The position numbers and the translations under genes are program-made. A stretch of 64,000 nucleotides of DNA, from assembly GCF_964213995.1 (NCBI RefSeq), contig NC_135814.1, positions 27,094,001 through 27,158,000 of the forward strand, read 5' to 3'. The stretch's first letter is position 1. Each line of letters begins with the position of its first letter. Shown here piece after piece: positions 37,590 to 51,457 of the stretch. The notes under the pieces were generated by a model, which saw only the letters and a program-made list of their open reading frames with translations, made no database searches and had not been told where the DNA came from. This DNA comes from Mustelus asterias. Its lineage: Eukaryota.

Positions 37590-40500
37590 TGAAACAATAT
37601 TGATGAATGCTTTTGAGATATATTGTTTACCAACAGACTAACAGAGGCAAAATCACGACCTCTTCCCTTCTTTGGTAATGTGTGATCCACAAGAGTCACT
37701 GCGGATGTTTGGAGCTGCATTGCACAGTTGTTTTGTCAAAATGTGTTGGTTTTAAGTAGCTCCAATCATAGAATAAAATTACATTGAAACAATAAAATGA
37801 AAATCTTAGCTTACGGTTAGTGGCAATTAGTCAGCGCAAAACTATTCAAACATCACACTTGGAGAGTATTTACATTACAAATTTATTGTCAACGCAGTGC
37901 AACCTGATTTTAGAGTGACGCTCTCTGGCAATCTTACACACCACTTCAATTTGGCACAGCACTGAGTGTAGATTCAGTGTTGTGTCAATTCAGTTTACTG
38001 TGTATGCTGTTGGAATGCGGATCAATTTGTAATTTTATCTTGCTTCAGTTTGTGTGTTTAGGGAGCAGGGGGGATTCTCTCTTCACCACTCCTGAAGGAA
38101 TTAACCTTCTACTTCTTGGGAGAGAGTTCTGCTCTTTTGCATGTTCACAGCTCTGTCCAAAAACAAGATAGTTCAAGTTTCAACCAACCGGTAACTAAGC
38201 AATTTAGACAAGAGTCGATTTGGCTGGAAACCAAACAGCTACAAGTCTCAGACACAGCCTTTAAATAAAATAAATAATTTTATCTGTTTTATCACAGCAT
38301 TTATTCCTTATACGGTGATCTAACCAATGAAAGGGAGACAAGCAGACAATTGGCAATAAGCACATTATACGGTTCTCAGTTGAGCTGCTAGAAGCATTTT
38401 CCCACCATTGGGCGACACCTCAGCTTTATCTGTCTTGCTGGAATCTGGCACCCATTTTCTGCCTGATCTGAAGTGCAGCAGTGATGTCCTAAAGTATGAA
38501 GGAGTGGATTGTCCCTCCCGCACTGCTCACAGGGCTCATAGCAGGTGCAAGAGGCTGACTGTGTGTGGGTGGAATTATAAAAAAGAGAACAGGAGAAAAG
38601 ATCCATATGAAACAAAAAAAAAGGTTAGTGAATCTCTGGTACAGACAGCTGGCTAAAAATTGAACAAAGGCTTTGCACAGGAGACAGCAGCTGTGTCAAC
38701 CAGAAATCCAACCTGAAGCCAGTGACATCTCAATAAAAGATACCGAGTGGAATACTAAAGCATGTATATGTTGCACCAAGCTGGGAACTGGATTCAAGTA
38801 TACTTTTCTTAACAAAAAGTGTGGAATACTCTCACCTTTGCTCATTTTGTCTTTCACACAGTAAATGAAGAAAAAGATACCCAATCTGTACTATGTTTGT
38901 TTAAAATGTGTTGCCGTATAAAGATGACTGATTTGTTACTTATTCCTGTATTCCATGATAAAGCATAAATTATTAGACAGTGCTGAATAAGACATTGATG
39001 TTATGTTATCTGAATCAGCCTGTCTCAGTGGGAATGAATGAAAAGTGATATGAGGCATTGAAATCCATGCTGAAAATCTAAATTGGACAATCAGTCAACT
39101 GCAGTAGCATTTGTGAATGTGTGAATGCAACACTGATATCATTGTTCTAGCATCTACTTACTTGCAAAATCATTTGGTTCATGAAAAATGAGCTAACACC
39201 AGACAGTCAGACTTTCAATTTGGGACGAGGAACTTGAAATCTGGATAATTTCAGGTGCTGACCCCCTTGCCACCTCAGGGTACATATGAAATAGGAGAAG
39301 TAGGCCATTCGGCCCCTCACACCTACTCCACTATTTAATAAGATTATGGTTGTTCTAATTGTGTTTCAAATTCCACACACCCAATACACTCTCATGGGAT
39401 ACAATCTTCAAAGGTAAATGCCATAATTGAGCTGGAGGTGAGCTCAACACCCAATTAGTTGCACCAAGCTCTGCGAGGAGGTGGGGTGCCTCTTGGAGCA
39501 GAAGTATCCAAGGCAGTTGCTGGCCATGACAGGGCTTAATACTGTCTTGTACAAGAGAAAAGACAGGATGTCAGAGAGTCAGAAGGTCCAGTACCCAAAG
39601 AAGTACCTACACTGCCATCCAAGCAGTACTGCACTCAATCCCACATTGAAATCCCTAGTACCAAAAATATTTTTGGTTTTAAGAAAAAACTTCAAAGCTT
39701 CCTACATTGAACCAAACAGCTGTGCACACATGTATACCAGACTGTTCGGGTTAGGCGATTTCCAATTTGAAACTCCCCTCCTGGACCTCCTCTGGCTGTT
39801 ACTTAGTTGCTCAAGGAGCTTAATGGACTGTTAATTGGAGGCAGATGCGGTCCCATCACACTCTGGCAGCATAGGGGTCTAAATTTCAATGTATGCCCAC
39901 TTGGCTTGTCCTGCAATTGAAAATTGGTTCCTCAGATGTGGTTAATCATGCTTTTAATTACTTATCAATCAGTGTGGACATTTAGGTATCTGGTAATAAA
40001 AGGAACTCATTGACCTTTCTTTTTGGTGTCTAAAAATTGGAAACTGGGAGATGCATTAGTAATCCATGCTGTTATCCAATCATTCTACTAAATACCCTCA
40101 ATGCCAAGTCATTAAAACCAAATTTAAGAGGCTATTTCAAGACTACATCTGATTTGGAACAGGTTTATCTCCTTTGATGTACAGCAGAAATCTTACCTTC
40201 AATAGACCAGGAATTAAACTCTGTTTCTAAATTCATTGGGGTTGGAATAGCTCGCTTTCCAAACCCCTGCACTGTCAACCACCCACATGCTTAACTTGGC
40301 AAAGACAGAAAAGTTTCTTGCTAAGTGAACCTTTTTTTTTGCCTGGATGCCAACTGGATGTTTATTTGAATATTTTAGCAGTCAATAACCAATTAGATGC
40401 AATAATAGATTGAGTGAGATGAAGTAACTCCGTGTTCAAAGGATAATTTCAACACGGAGCAAAATAAGTCTGAATTGAACAAAGGCTACAATGAAGGTTC

Positions 40501-43500
40501 AATGGATTGATTCCTGGTATGAAAGAACTGTCCTATGAAGAGATGAAGCAGATTTGTGCTATATTCTTTGGAGTTAGAAGATGAGGTAATCTCATTAAAT
40601 GTGTAAAATTCTTAGATGGGAAAGATGTGGAGAAGTTGTTTTTCCTGCCTAAAGCATCTAGAACAAGAGGGTCACAGTCTCAGGATAAAGGATTGTCCAT
40701 TTAGGACTGAGGTAGGAAAAAGGTTCTTCACTCCTAAGTTGTGAATCTTTGGAATCCTTTACTACAGAGGATTATGGATATTTGGTTTTATTGTCTATTC
40801 AAAGCTGAGATTGATAGATTTTTAGAAATCAAGGGGATATGGTGGGAAAGTGAAGCGGACATAAAAGTTCAGCAAGGATCTTCCTGGCTGAGGAAGCAGG
40901 TATAAGGAGGTTATTCCTGCTTTTATTTTTCATTTTCTTGTCTTTGTGAAGAATGTCATCAGTGTGGAGTTTTAATTAGAAGCTTTTTGGACCAGGTTTT
41001 CTTGTCTGCGGATGATCGGAGACCAGACGGACGCAAAGATTAGATTATGGGACCCCTCAGAAATTCCAATGCAAGGACTCTGCAGGAGTTACCTGGGAAG
41101 TTTCAACTTCCAGTGGGCTATTTCCGTGCTCTCCAGGACTTTTCAACTTGGAGTTAGAGGCTAAGACTGCAAAGGGCTCTGACCTAACAACCTGGAAATA
41201 CAAATAGACCAAAAAAAATCTAACTTTTGGAGAACTATTCAACTAAACCCCCAATTCACCCTCCCAAAATATAGCATCTCGTCCAGTAAAAGAGGCGTTA
41301 ACTTGGCTTCCCCTGATGATCCTGCATTATGAAGAAGAACTTGGCAATCCAATGGGGTGATTGCTACTCCTCGGAAGATTAAGCACATCATCTTTGAAAA
41401 AGCAAACAAGCATAAGTAAAAACAAAAAATATTTAGGAAGAGGGATAGAATTGGGTTTGACTTCAGTGTGCCTCAGACATATTCCCCACTAAAGACACAA
41501 AGAATGACCATTTTGGTGAGGCATCAGAGACTAGTTGCTACACAGGATATGTTCACAGAACATTCATAAGATAATGGGAGAAAGGATAGAGTAAAATTTC
41601 TAATTAGGCAACTTATTAAATTGCAAAGTATCCATCTAGATTCATCTTTCCCCTGCCACACACTAACAGCACTGTGGGTGGACCTACACCACATGGACTG
41701 CAACACCTTCAGAAAGTGGCTTACCTGTTCGGAATGGTCAATTCCTGCTGACCCTGTCAATGATGTTCATATCGCATGAATGATTTTTAAAAAATTGTAA
41801 TTTCCAACTAATTTAAATAAACAGTCCATCTTTTATCATTGTCTACTGCAAACAAAAATGTTAAATTGGGCTACATTTTAATATGCAATGAATTGGGAAC
41901 CGTATTTTATAAATGGAACTAGGAGTGGAACTGACAGTTTTCCTTTGTTATGCATTCAGTGAAGAAGTCAGCATAAATGTCTGCTTTATCATCCTGTCCA
42001 ATTAATACAGCAAAGAAAACTCCTGCTCATTGTTGAAACTACTTAATGACTGTGTCAGCATTCTGCAACCATGTTCACTTGTTGGGATATGAATGCCCAA
42101 CAGCAGAACAAGGCTATATTTTGGTAAATCTTCCAGTTTATCAAACAAATATAGTTGTGCCATGGTTCAAATTCTAGCAGTGTTATTCCTTTGAAGTTAC
42201 AGCAATTTTTCAGCATAACTGGAAAGAGTAGCTTTTTTTGTCTGGATTCCTTTCCATTTTTAAGGCCGCATCTTCAGGGGTATTCAATGAGACGTATAGC
42301 AATTTTCAATGTCAGCATGTCTAACATAACAGCTTTGGTAAGGCAGATACCTTTCATGTCGAGTTGATTGATATTGATAATTCCACAATGTTACTACCAA
42401 CACTTTCCAAGGGTCATGTCAGAAGTCAGCCACTTGTTGCCGGGGCGGGGGCTGCGGAATGGTGGCTCCCCTCAGCTGGCGCAAGCACCACTCGCCCCCC
42501 CTCAATCCTGAGCGGCTTCTGGGATCCCTGATGCAGGCACAAGTCCTACTGGAATGCCACCAAAACATATTAATCCACTATCAGCAGCGCAGACAACAAA
42601 TGAACAGCACTACTGACTTGCCAATTTATGGGCTGTGTTACCAGCACAGAGGAAGATAAAGGTAAATCTTTCTCCGGTGTTTCAATAGTTTTCTATTGTA
42701 TTGTGATGATGTAATATTCTGTTGCATGGACTAGGAAAAGTAAGCTATTTTGGTAACCTAATTATTAAACGGAAATTGCACAAAGTAGCTGAACCCACCT
42801 TTCACTTAATAGAATGAATCCTCGAGGACAAAACATGTTTTCACATATAACTATACACTGGGCTTTTTTTTTATTGAATCTTCTATAGATAGTTAACTGT
42901 CAATCTAGCATAAAACTAATGCACTCTTGAACTATAAAAGTTTTCAGTTTTCACATTTCAATAGTTTTATTGCTTTTTCCACATATTTATCTCTGTCAAA
43001 CACCTGGATCTGATCCTGCAGTTGCATACAAATTAGAAGCAGGGGTAGGCCATTTGGCTGTTCAAGCTTGCTACGCCATTTGATAAAGATCATGCATGAT
43101 CTGACTGTGACCTCAACTCTACTTTCCTGTTCATTCCCTTTATTCTTAGACTCTCTTGTCAATCAAGAATCTATCTAATTCAACCTTAAGAAGAACCTCT
43201 AGCCCTGCCGCCACTGCGCTTTGGGGAAGAGAATTTCATAGACAAACGATGCTCTGAGAGGAAAAAAATAGTCTCCTCATCTCCATCCTAGTTCTAGTAT
43301 CTCCTACAAGGGGAAACATCCTCTCGGCATCCATCCTGTCAAGTCTCCTCGGGATCTTGCATGTTTCATTAAGATCACCTCTCATTCTTGTAAACTCCAA
43401 AAGATACAGGCTTAATCTGTGCAACCTTATCTCCTAAAATAATCCCGTTATCCCAGGAGTCAACCGACTGAACCTTCTCTGAACTCTTCTAATGCAATTG

Positions 43501-43824
43501 TAACCTTTCTTAAGTACGAAGACCAAAAACATGCACAGTACTCCAGATGTACCAACACCTTTTACAAAAGTAAAACTTCCCCATTTGTATACTTGATTTT
43601 CCTTGCCATGAACAGCAACAGTCTATTTGCCTTCTGAATCACTTGCTGTGTCTGCACACCAATGTTTTGTGATTTATGTACCAGGACAGTCAGATCCCTC
43701 TGCACCAGAGACTTCTGCAACCTCTCTCTATTAAAAAAATAGATTGCTATATTCATAAGAAAATGAATATGCTGATGCCTCTACATGCTAGTTTTAAAAT
43801 TACTTGCAAACGATAACTGGTCCG

Positions 43825-46800
43825 TGATGCATGATTAAATCACTCGGGAGGCTAGATTGTACCCGGGAAATAAAGGCTTTTATTACTGACAAGAATGGAG
43901 CACACTATATACAATACAATCCCAGATTAAAGGGTCACCAGGCAGTGCAGTGACCTTTAAACTTCTCCAGGTAGGCGGAGCCAACTGGAGTGTACCACAG
44001 AACAATATCAACAGGTAGAACAGCCCAACCCTAACCCCAACAGTGACAACAGTAACATATCTACAAATACCCATAGTGCTGACCATCTATGGTTCGGTAC
44101 TCATAGTGGTAACCAACTATGGTTCACCACATTCACCCCTCCTTTAAAACAAAGGCCGGCGGGGCAAAACAAAACAGAACAACTGTTCATATATTCACAA
44201 GTTCAGTCGTATTGGAGGACCGCACCGTCTCTGCGACCTCCTCAACACTGGCGGTAACGCCGGTTCTGGTGACCGTGGTGACCTTCTCTCCAAGGCGGTG
44301 TCCAGTGACTCCTCCAGTTCCTCATGGACGGGTGGACTACAAGGTGGCGACAATCTACTGGACTCGAGCACGCCTCGAGGTGGCGACAATCTCCTGGACT
44401 CAGGCAAGCTGTACACGGGAGTAAGAGGATTAAGTGGTGGTCCCGATACTGCCCGCGCCGTGTCAGGAGGGGAGATAAAGGTCAAGGGGTCCCTAACTAG
44501 GGGTGTGGGAGCGACTGGGGTTTCCAAGTCCCCTGCAGGCGCCAGATCTCTAATAGAGACCGTGTCCTCTCGCCCGTCAGGATATGCCACATAGGCATAT
44601 TGAGGGTTGGCGTGGAGGAGATGGACCTGTTCAACCAAAGGGTCGGACTTTTGGGTCCTAACATGCCGCCGCAGGAGGACAGGTCCTGAGTACATCAACC
44701 AAGATGGTAATGAGGTCCCAGAGGAAGACTTCCTAGGGAAGGAAAACATCCTCTCATGTGGAGTAGCGTTGGTTGCCGTACACAGGAGGGAGCGGATGGA
44801 ATGGAGCGCATCAGAGAGTACCTCTTGCCAACGGGAGACTGGAAGACCTTTCGACCTCAACGCCAGTAAAACAGCCTTCCAGACTGTAGCATTTTCTTGT
44901 TCAACCTGTCCGTTACCCCTCGGGTTATAACTCGTAGTTCTACTTGAGGCAATCCCTTTTGAGAGCAGGTATTGCCTCAAGTCGTCACTCATAAATGACG
45001 AGCCCCTATCACTGTGGATATAGCTGGGGTAACCGAACAGGGTGAAAAGATCCCGTAATGCTTTGATAACCGTGGCAGCGGTCATATCTGAACAGGGAAT
45101 GGTAAAAGGGAATCGTGAGTACTCGTCAATCACGTTGAGGAAGTACACGTTCCGATCTGTCGAGGGAAGGCGGCCCTTGAAGTCCACACTCAGTCTTTCA
45201 AAAGGGCGAGTGGCCTTAATGAGGTGTGCCCTGTCAGGTCGGTAGAAGTGCGGTTTGCATTCAGCACATACCTGGCAGCTTTGGGTTATGGACCTGACAT
45301 CATCCACTGAGTAGGGTAGATTCCGGGCCTTTACGAAATGGAAGAGCCGAGTGATCCCCGGATGGCAGAGATCATTGTGGAGGGCCTGTAATCGATCCTC
45401 CTGCACACTTGCACATGTTCCACGCGACAGGGCGTCTGAGGGCTCATTGAGCTTCCCTGGACGGTACATGATATCATAGTTGTAGGTGGAGAGTTCGATT
45501 CTCCACCTCAAGATTTTATCACTTTTGATCCTACCGCGTAACGTGTTGTTGAACATGAACGCCACGGACCGCTGGTCCGTGAGCAGGGTGAATCGTTTTC
45601 CCGCCAAGTAATGGCGCCAATGCCGAATGGCCTCCACAATGGCCTGGGCCTCTTTTTCCACCGCGGACTGCCGAATTTCAGGGCCTTGGAGGGTGCGAGA
45701 GAAAAAGGCGACGGGCCTGTCCGCCTGGTTAAGTGTGGCGGCCAGGGCGAAATCAGATGCATCACTCTCCACCTGAAAGGGGATGGACTCATCAACAGCG
45801 TGCATCGTGGCTTTCGCGATGTCGGCTTTTATCCCTTCAAAGGCTAAGTGAGCCTCTGCTGCTCGGGGAAAAGAGGTAGACTTGATGAGCGGACGGGCTT
45901 TGTCCGCATAATTGGGAACCCACTGTGCATAGTATGAGAAGAAACCTAAGCATCTTCTCAGTGCTTTGATACTAGTGGGCAGGGGAAGTTCAAGGAGGGG
46001 ACGCATATGGTCTGGATCAGGGCCAAGGACCCCGTTTTCCACCACGTATCCGAGAATTGCTAGGCGGCGCTTGCTAAATACGCACTTCTCCCTGTTGTAG
46101 GTCAGATTCAGGCGAGACGCAGTGCGTAAAAATCTAAGGAGGTTGGCATCGTGGTCCTGCTGGTCATGGCCGCAGATAGTGACGTTATTCAGGTACGGGA
46201 AGGTAGCCCGCAGCCCGTTCTGGTCCACCATTCAGTCCATTGCACGCTGGAAGACCGAGACCCCATTCGTGACGCCAAAGGGAACCCTTAAAAAGTGGTA
46301 AAGATGACCATCCGCCTCAAAGGCCGTGTATTTTCGATCCTCTGGGCGAATGGGGAGCTGGTGGTAAGCTGACTTCAAGTCAATGGTGGAGAACACCCGG
46401 TACTGCGCAATCTGGTTGACCATGTCAGATATGCGCGGGAGAGGATACGCATCCAGTTGCGTGTATCTATTAATGGTCTGACTATAGTCTATGACCATCC
46501 GGGGTTTGTTTCCAGTTTTAAGCACCACGACTTGCGCTCTCCATGGACTAGTGCTAGGTTGAATGATCCCTTCCCTGAGGAGCCGCTGAACTTCAGATTG
46601 AATAAAGATCCGATCCTCAGCGCTGTAACGCCTGCTCTTGGTTGCGATGGGCTTGCAGCCTGGCACGAGATTCTCGAATAAGGATGGTGGGGTGATTCTG
46701 AGTGTCGAGAAGCTACACGTGGAGCGCGCTGGGCAATTTGGAGGCTGCTGTACTCCCACTGAAAGTGGAGGGAGTGGCCCATCGTACTGCAGGGTTACAC

Positions 46801-48534
46801 TCCTCAGGTGGACCATAAAGTCTAGTCCCAGGAGTATTGGAGTGCAAAGGTGTGGTAACAGGGGGAGCCTGAAGTTCTCGTAAACTGTGCCCCGCACCGT
46901 TAGGTTGACCACGCAGCTCCCTAGCACGGTAACAGACCGGGACCTCGACGCCATCGAAATTGTCTGTCTGACAGTCCGTACTCGGAGACCGCACCCTTTC
47001 ACGGTGTCAGGGTGAATGAAACTCTCCGTGCTCCCACTGTCAAACAAACAATGAATTTGGCGTCCATTTACCTCTATGCCCATCATGGACTTGTCGAGTC
47101 TGTGAGGCTTGGCCTGGTCCAGGATGATTGACGCCACCGTTGGGTCTTGGGTGCCATTGCAGGCAGCTGAGATGGTTGATGATGATGACCCCTGCTGGTC
47201 GTCTGCGGTCGGTGCCGACCAAAATGGCTGCGCCCATGGATCGCACGTGGTCGGTGGCGCTAAAAGTGGCGGCCCCTGCAGGTCGCACATGTCTTGCGTC
47301 TTCGTCGTCAGGAATGGCGGCGCTCTGGAATCGCACGTGGTGGAAGACCTCGAAGAAGCTGGAGACAAGGAGACAGGCCCTGGAGAATCACACGCCGCGC
47401 TGCTATGCTTGGAGGGTGGTTTGGTCCTGCAGACTTTGGCATAATGCCCTTTCTTTCCACACGCGGAGCAAAATACCGTTCTAGCTGGACATCGCTGCCG
47501 AGGGTGTTTCGCCAATCCACAGAAGTAACACCGCGGGCTTCCTGGAGCTGCCGCCGTCGTCGGGTCCGAGGTTGAAAGCACAATCGTGCAGTTTTTCGGA
47601 GCCGCTGGGTAAAGTTGAGTCGGTGGCTGTACTTGCCACGATGTTCCCACGTGGTCGGTGGGGTACGTTTCTAGACTTCTGGAGGCCGTTTCCATTGTGT
47701 CAGCCAATTCTACCGTCTTAGCGAGGTCTAGGTTACCTTGCTCTAGCAGCCGAAGGTGAATATACGATGAGCCGATTCCCACCACGAACGCATCTCGGAA
47801 CAAGTCATTCGTATACTGGGCCGCCGACACTGGCTTGCAGTTGCAGGCTCTGGCTAGCTTTTGAAGTTCGCGCAGGTACTGTCCTGTCGTTTCGCCGGGC
47901 TGCCGCCGTCGAGTGGCTAGAAGGTGTCGAGCATGGATCTCGTTTGGCGGTTTGTTGTACAGTTTCTTAAGTAGTTCGATGGCCCCTTTGTAGTCTTGGG
48001 CATCACGGATTGATGAGTATACGGTGTCGCTTACCCTCGCGTGGAGGACCCGCACTCTATCGGCGTCGTTTTGAATGGCTGTTGAGGCATCGATGTAGTC
48101 TTGAAAACACTTTAACCAATGGTCGTAAGTGTTCGACGCTCCTGCCGCACGTGGATCTAAAGTAAGCCGATCGGGTTTCAACATTTGCTCCATGGTTTTT
48201 TTTTACCAAACTTTTGTTAGTAATAAAATTGATGCGCGATTAAATCACTCGGGAGGCTAGATTGTACCCGGGAAATAAAGGCTTTTATTACTAACAAGAA
48301 TGGAGCACACTATATACAATACAATCCCAGACTAAAGGGTCACCAGGCAGTGCAGTGACCTTTATACTTCTCCAGGTAGGCGGAGCCAACTGGAGTGTAC
48401 CACAGAACAATATCAACAGGTAGAACAGCCCAACCCTAACCCCAACAGTGACAACAGTAACATATCTATAAATACCCATAGTGCTGACCATCTATGGTTC
48501 GGTACTCAGTGGTAACCAACTATGGTTCACCACA
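43825..48534 (-). mobile_element. Full-length young Gypsy LTR retrotransposon
   Basis: LTRs at 43825-44131 and 48230-48534 (TG...CA; by eye 6 substitutions plus one 2-bp indel). 5-bp TSD GTCCG at 43820-43824 and 48535-48539. Polypurine tract at 44132-44145. Domain order gag-PR-RT-RH-INT. Confidence 0.97.
44195..48193 (-). pseudogene. Single gag-pol ORF broken by one in-frame TGA (46232-46234)
   Basis: Two CCHC knuckles (CYFCGLAKHPRQRC, CSACGKKGHYAKVC), protease LFDSGS, RT IDLKSAYHQ and PFGVTNG, RNase H ESDASDFA, integrase HHCC plus D-D-E. Reads FQRAMD*MVDQ in one frame; the RT catalytic site reads YLNN. Confidence 0.92.
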
Positions 48535-49701
48535 GTCCGTTCCTACCTTCACTAACTTAGCCTTAGTTTAACTGTCATCACAGTTATTTCATGATTAGAT
48601 GTAATTGTAGCAGTTCATTGAGTCCGTTTGTTGATTCAGAATTCATGGGTAGGGAGGGTGCATAACTGAATGGATATGAAAATCTGCTTGTAAAGGATCA
48701 CTCCAGAGCCTGTGAAGTCAATAACCTTTTTATTGGATCTAGGAACATGAATCGATTGTATTGTCCTTATGCACTGCAGGCAAATAAATAATGTTATTCC
48801 CCTCATGTCCCATGTTTATGCACTAATAATTGCTTATATAAAGGGAGTGGCTCTTTAACATTACACCAATGATCTCTTTAGGTTGTGGGATTTTATAGAG
48901 AATGCCAAGGAATACATAACGTTTAAAAGGTTAAACAAACGGGCACCTTTCCTTTGCCAGATATCTCTGCAAGATCATTGTACCAGATTCTGCTTGAATT
49001 CAGGACTTTTTATTCTGAACCTCTTGTGACAAAATGTATTATTTGTATTCTGGTTTGATTTGACAGTCATACATTTAAATGCATGAATAATACATACGGA
49101 CCAAGAGTTTCCACTTTGGATGCACTAATTGATCGAAGGACAAGAGCAGCAGATGCATGGGGACACCACCAGATTCCCCTCCAATTAAACACACACCACC
49201 CTGACTTGGAAATATATTGTCGTTCCTTCACTGTTGCTGGATCAAAATCCTAGAACACCCTCCGTAACTGCACTGTGGATGTACCTACACCACATGGACT
49301 GCAGTGGTTCAAGAAGCCAGCTCATGACTATTTTCTCAAGAGCAGGGGCAATAAATGCTGGCCTAGCCAGTGATGCTCATACCCTGTGAAAGAATACATT
49401 TTTAAATGTTGTGTCCAAAATTACACTTGTTTTCAGACGTATTCTTCTTTTTGTCAAGTTTTTGATCAAACTCATAGACATATCATTGGATGTAAAACCT
49501 TCCATATGATTGGGCAGCCTTTGGACCATTTTGTTTTTAATTACTTTAAAATATTCTTCTATATCAGAGTGGTAACATAGCGCAATTAAATTGGCACAGT
49601 TGAAAATGTCTTTATCACTGTTTAGTCAGAGTGTCCAGTCCATCACTAATCCTGAATCACTGAAAATGACTTTTAATCACATTGGTCTACCGTAGATTCT
49701 T

Positions 49702-50057
49702 AATCTGGAGATGGACTGGGGTGGGCACAGTAAAAACGCGATGTTAAAGTCCAACAGGTTTATTTGGAATCATGAGCTTTTGGAGCGCTGCTCCTTCATC
49801 AGGTGAGCGGTATCCTTTGAACTGAGTTGTCAACTATCCAAATCTAAAAATTCCTGGTAACACTTCGAATGAATTGCATTATTTGAATGAGAGTGAATTT
49901 ATTTTTAAAACTTCAAAAATCATATCAGAGTAGTAAATTTGCCATATTTAATCCAGTTAACAAGGTCCACTCACCTGATGAAGGAGCAGTGCTCCGAAAG
50001 CTCATGATTCCAAATAAACCCTGTTGGACTTTAACCTGGTGTTGTGAGACTTCTTAC
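49702..50057. mobile_element. Mini-Penelope with inverted pLTR arms enclosing about 160 bp of non-Penelope DNA
   Basis: Left arm about 49702-49807 (minus), right arm 49967-50057 (plus) ending CTTCTTAC. Intact hammerhead core CTGATGA-GGAGC/GCTCC-GAAA at 49975-49999. Confidence 0.82.
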
Positions 50058-51101
50058 TGTAGTTTGAGATATTACATTCTTAAGCACACTTATTAATGAC
50101 CAGGCATCTAAAAAATAAAGTTTAATTTAAAAATTCTCCTCAAAGATCTGCAAATAATCATCGTTTGCAGAAACAAGCCAAAGTGGACTTGAAAGTCCTC
50201 AACTTTTGTTCATTGGTTTGACCTAGTTCAGATGAATTGTGCTGAAAGAAACAGAGGCAAGCTAACAGAAACTCCAGTCCAAGTTCTTTAAGAGCCAACT
50301 TCAGTTAAATACCAAATCTGTCGCAAAATCAATACAAATGTTGTGAGATTCGATTGATGGTTGTTGAAGTTCCAGACTGAAAGAGAGAAACCAAGCCACA
50401 TAAGTCACAGAACACTGTTTTGGGTTTAAATTATATCAGTTGTGTGACTAGCAGCTCCCCTTTCAACTGAGTTCTCAGCTATTCAAACCTAAGACGTCTT
50501 GGTAATACTTCCAGTGATTTGCATTATCTGAATGAGAGTGAATTTATTATTAAAACTTCAAGAACCATATCAGAGCAGTAATATTGCTGAAGAATATAAG
50601 GCAACATTTAATCCAGGTAACAAGAGCCTCACCCGCCTCTGAAGAAATGGTGTGAACTCCACGTTACCGGCTTTGGGGAAGGCCCACCCAAGTAAGTGCC
50701 AACTAAGCACTTAAGCGTCCAGTAGTGGCTTTCCATAAAAGCAAAGACCTCAGCGGATCACCCCATCCCAATGCTGGGTCTCTTGATCTGACATTGAGTG
50801 CCTTTGAGCAGGCAATGCTAACCCTCCCTCTCCCAGGGAATCAGCGATTATACGCAGCAGGGTTTGCATTTCAGGCTTTCCGCATGGTGCTTGCCCCTTC
50901 AGCCACTGGTTGAATATCTGTGGTGGCGGAATGAGGCCATTAAGTGGGCAATTGGCAGCAGATCAGAAAGGCAATCCATGAGCCTTCCCACCCAGGAATG
51001 AATCAGGGAACAGACGGGAAGGTAGCGCGGCCCTACCCAGCACACTCTCACCTGATTAAATGCCCCCCTCCCTACCTTCAAATTCAGCTCAAATTAGATT
51101 T

Positions 51102-51457
51102 AGGGGAGGCAATGTCCTAGTGGCATTGCCGCCAGACTATTAATCCAGAAACTCAACTAATGTCCTGGGACCCGGGTTCGAATCCCGCCACGGCAGATGA
51201 TGGAATTTGAATTCAATAAAAGAACATCTGGAATTAGGAATCCACTGATGACCATGAAACCATTGTCAATTGTGGGAAAAACCCATCTAGTTCACAAATG
51301 TCCTTTACGGCAGGAAATCTGCCGGCCTTTCCTGGTCTGGCCTACATGTGACTCAACAATGTGGTTGCCTCTCACCCTGCCCTCCCTAGGGTAACTAGGA
51401 ATGGGCAATAAATGCTGGCCAGCCAGTGACGCCCATGTCCCACGAATGAATAAAAAG
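51102..51457 (+). mobile_element. tRNA-headed SINE (same family as 37213-37589)
   Basis: A/B boxes and shared body and tail. Confidence 0.85.

Noticed and set aside
40428-40459. Small hairpin CTCCGTGTT...AACACGGAG
   Set aside because: A single 9-bp stem beside a CR1 fragment; too short to support any function.
46232-46234. Programmed stop-codon readthrough between the two Gypsy ORFs
   Set aside because: The TGA falls inside the RT domain, not at the gag-pol boundary. It is best explained as a CGA>TGA CpG mutation, and the nearby YLNN also suggests decay.
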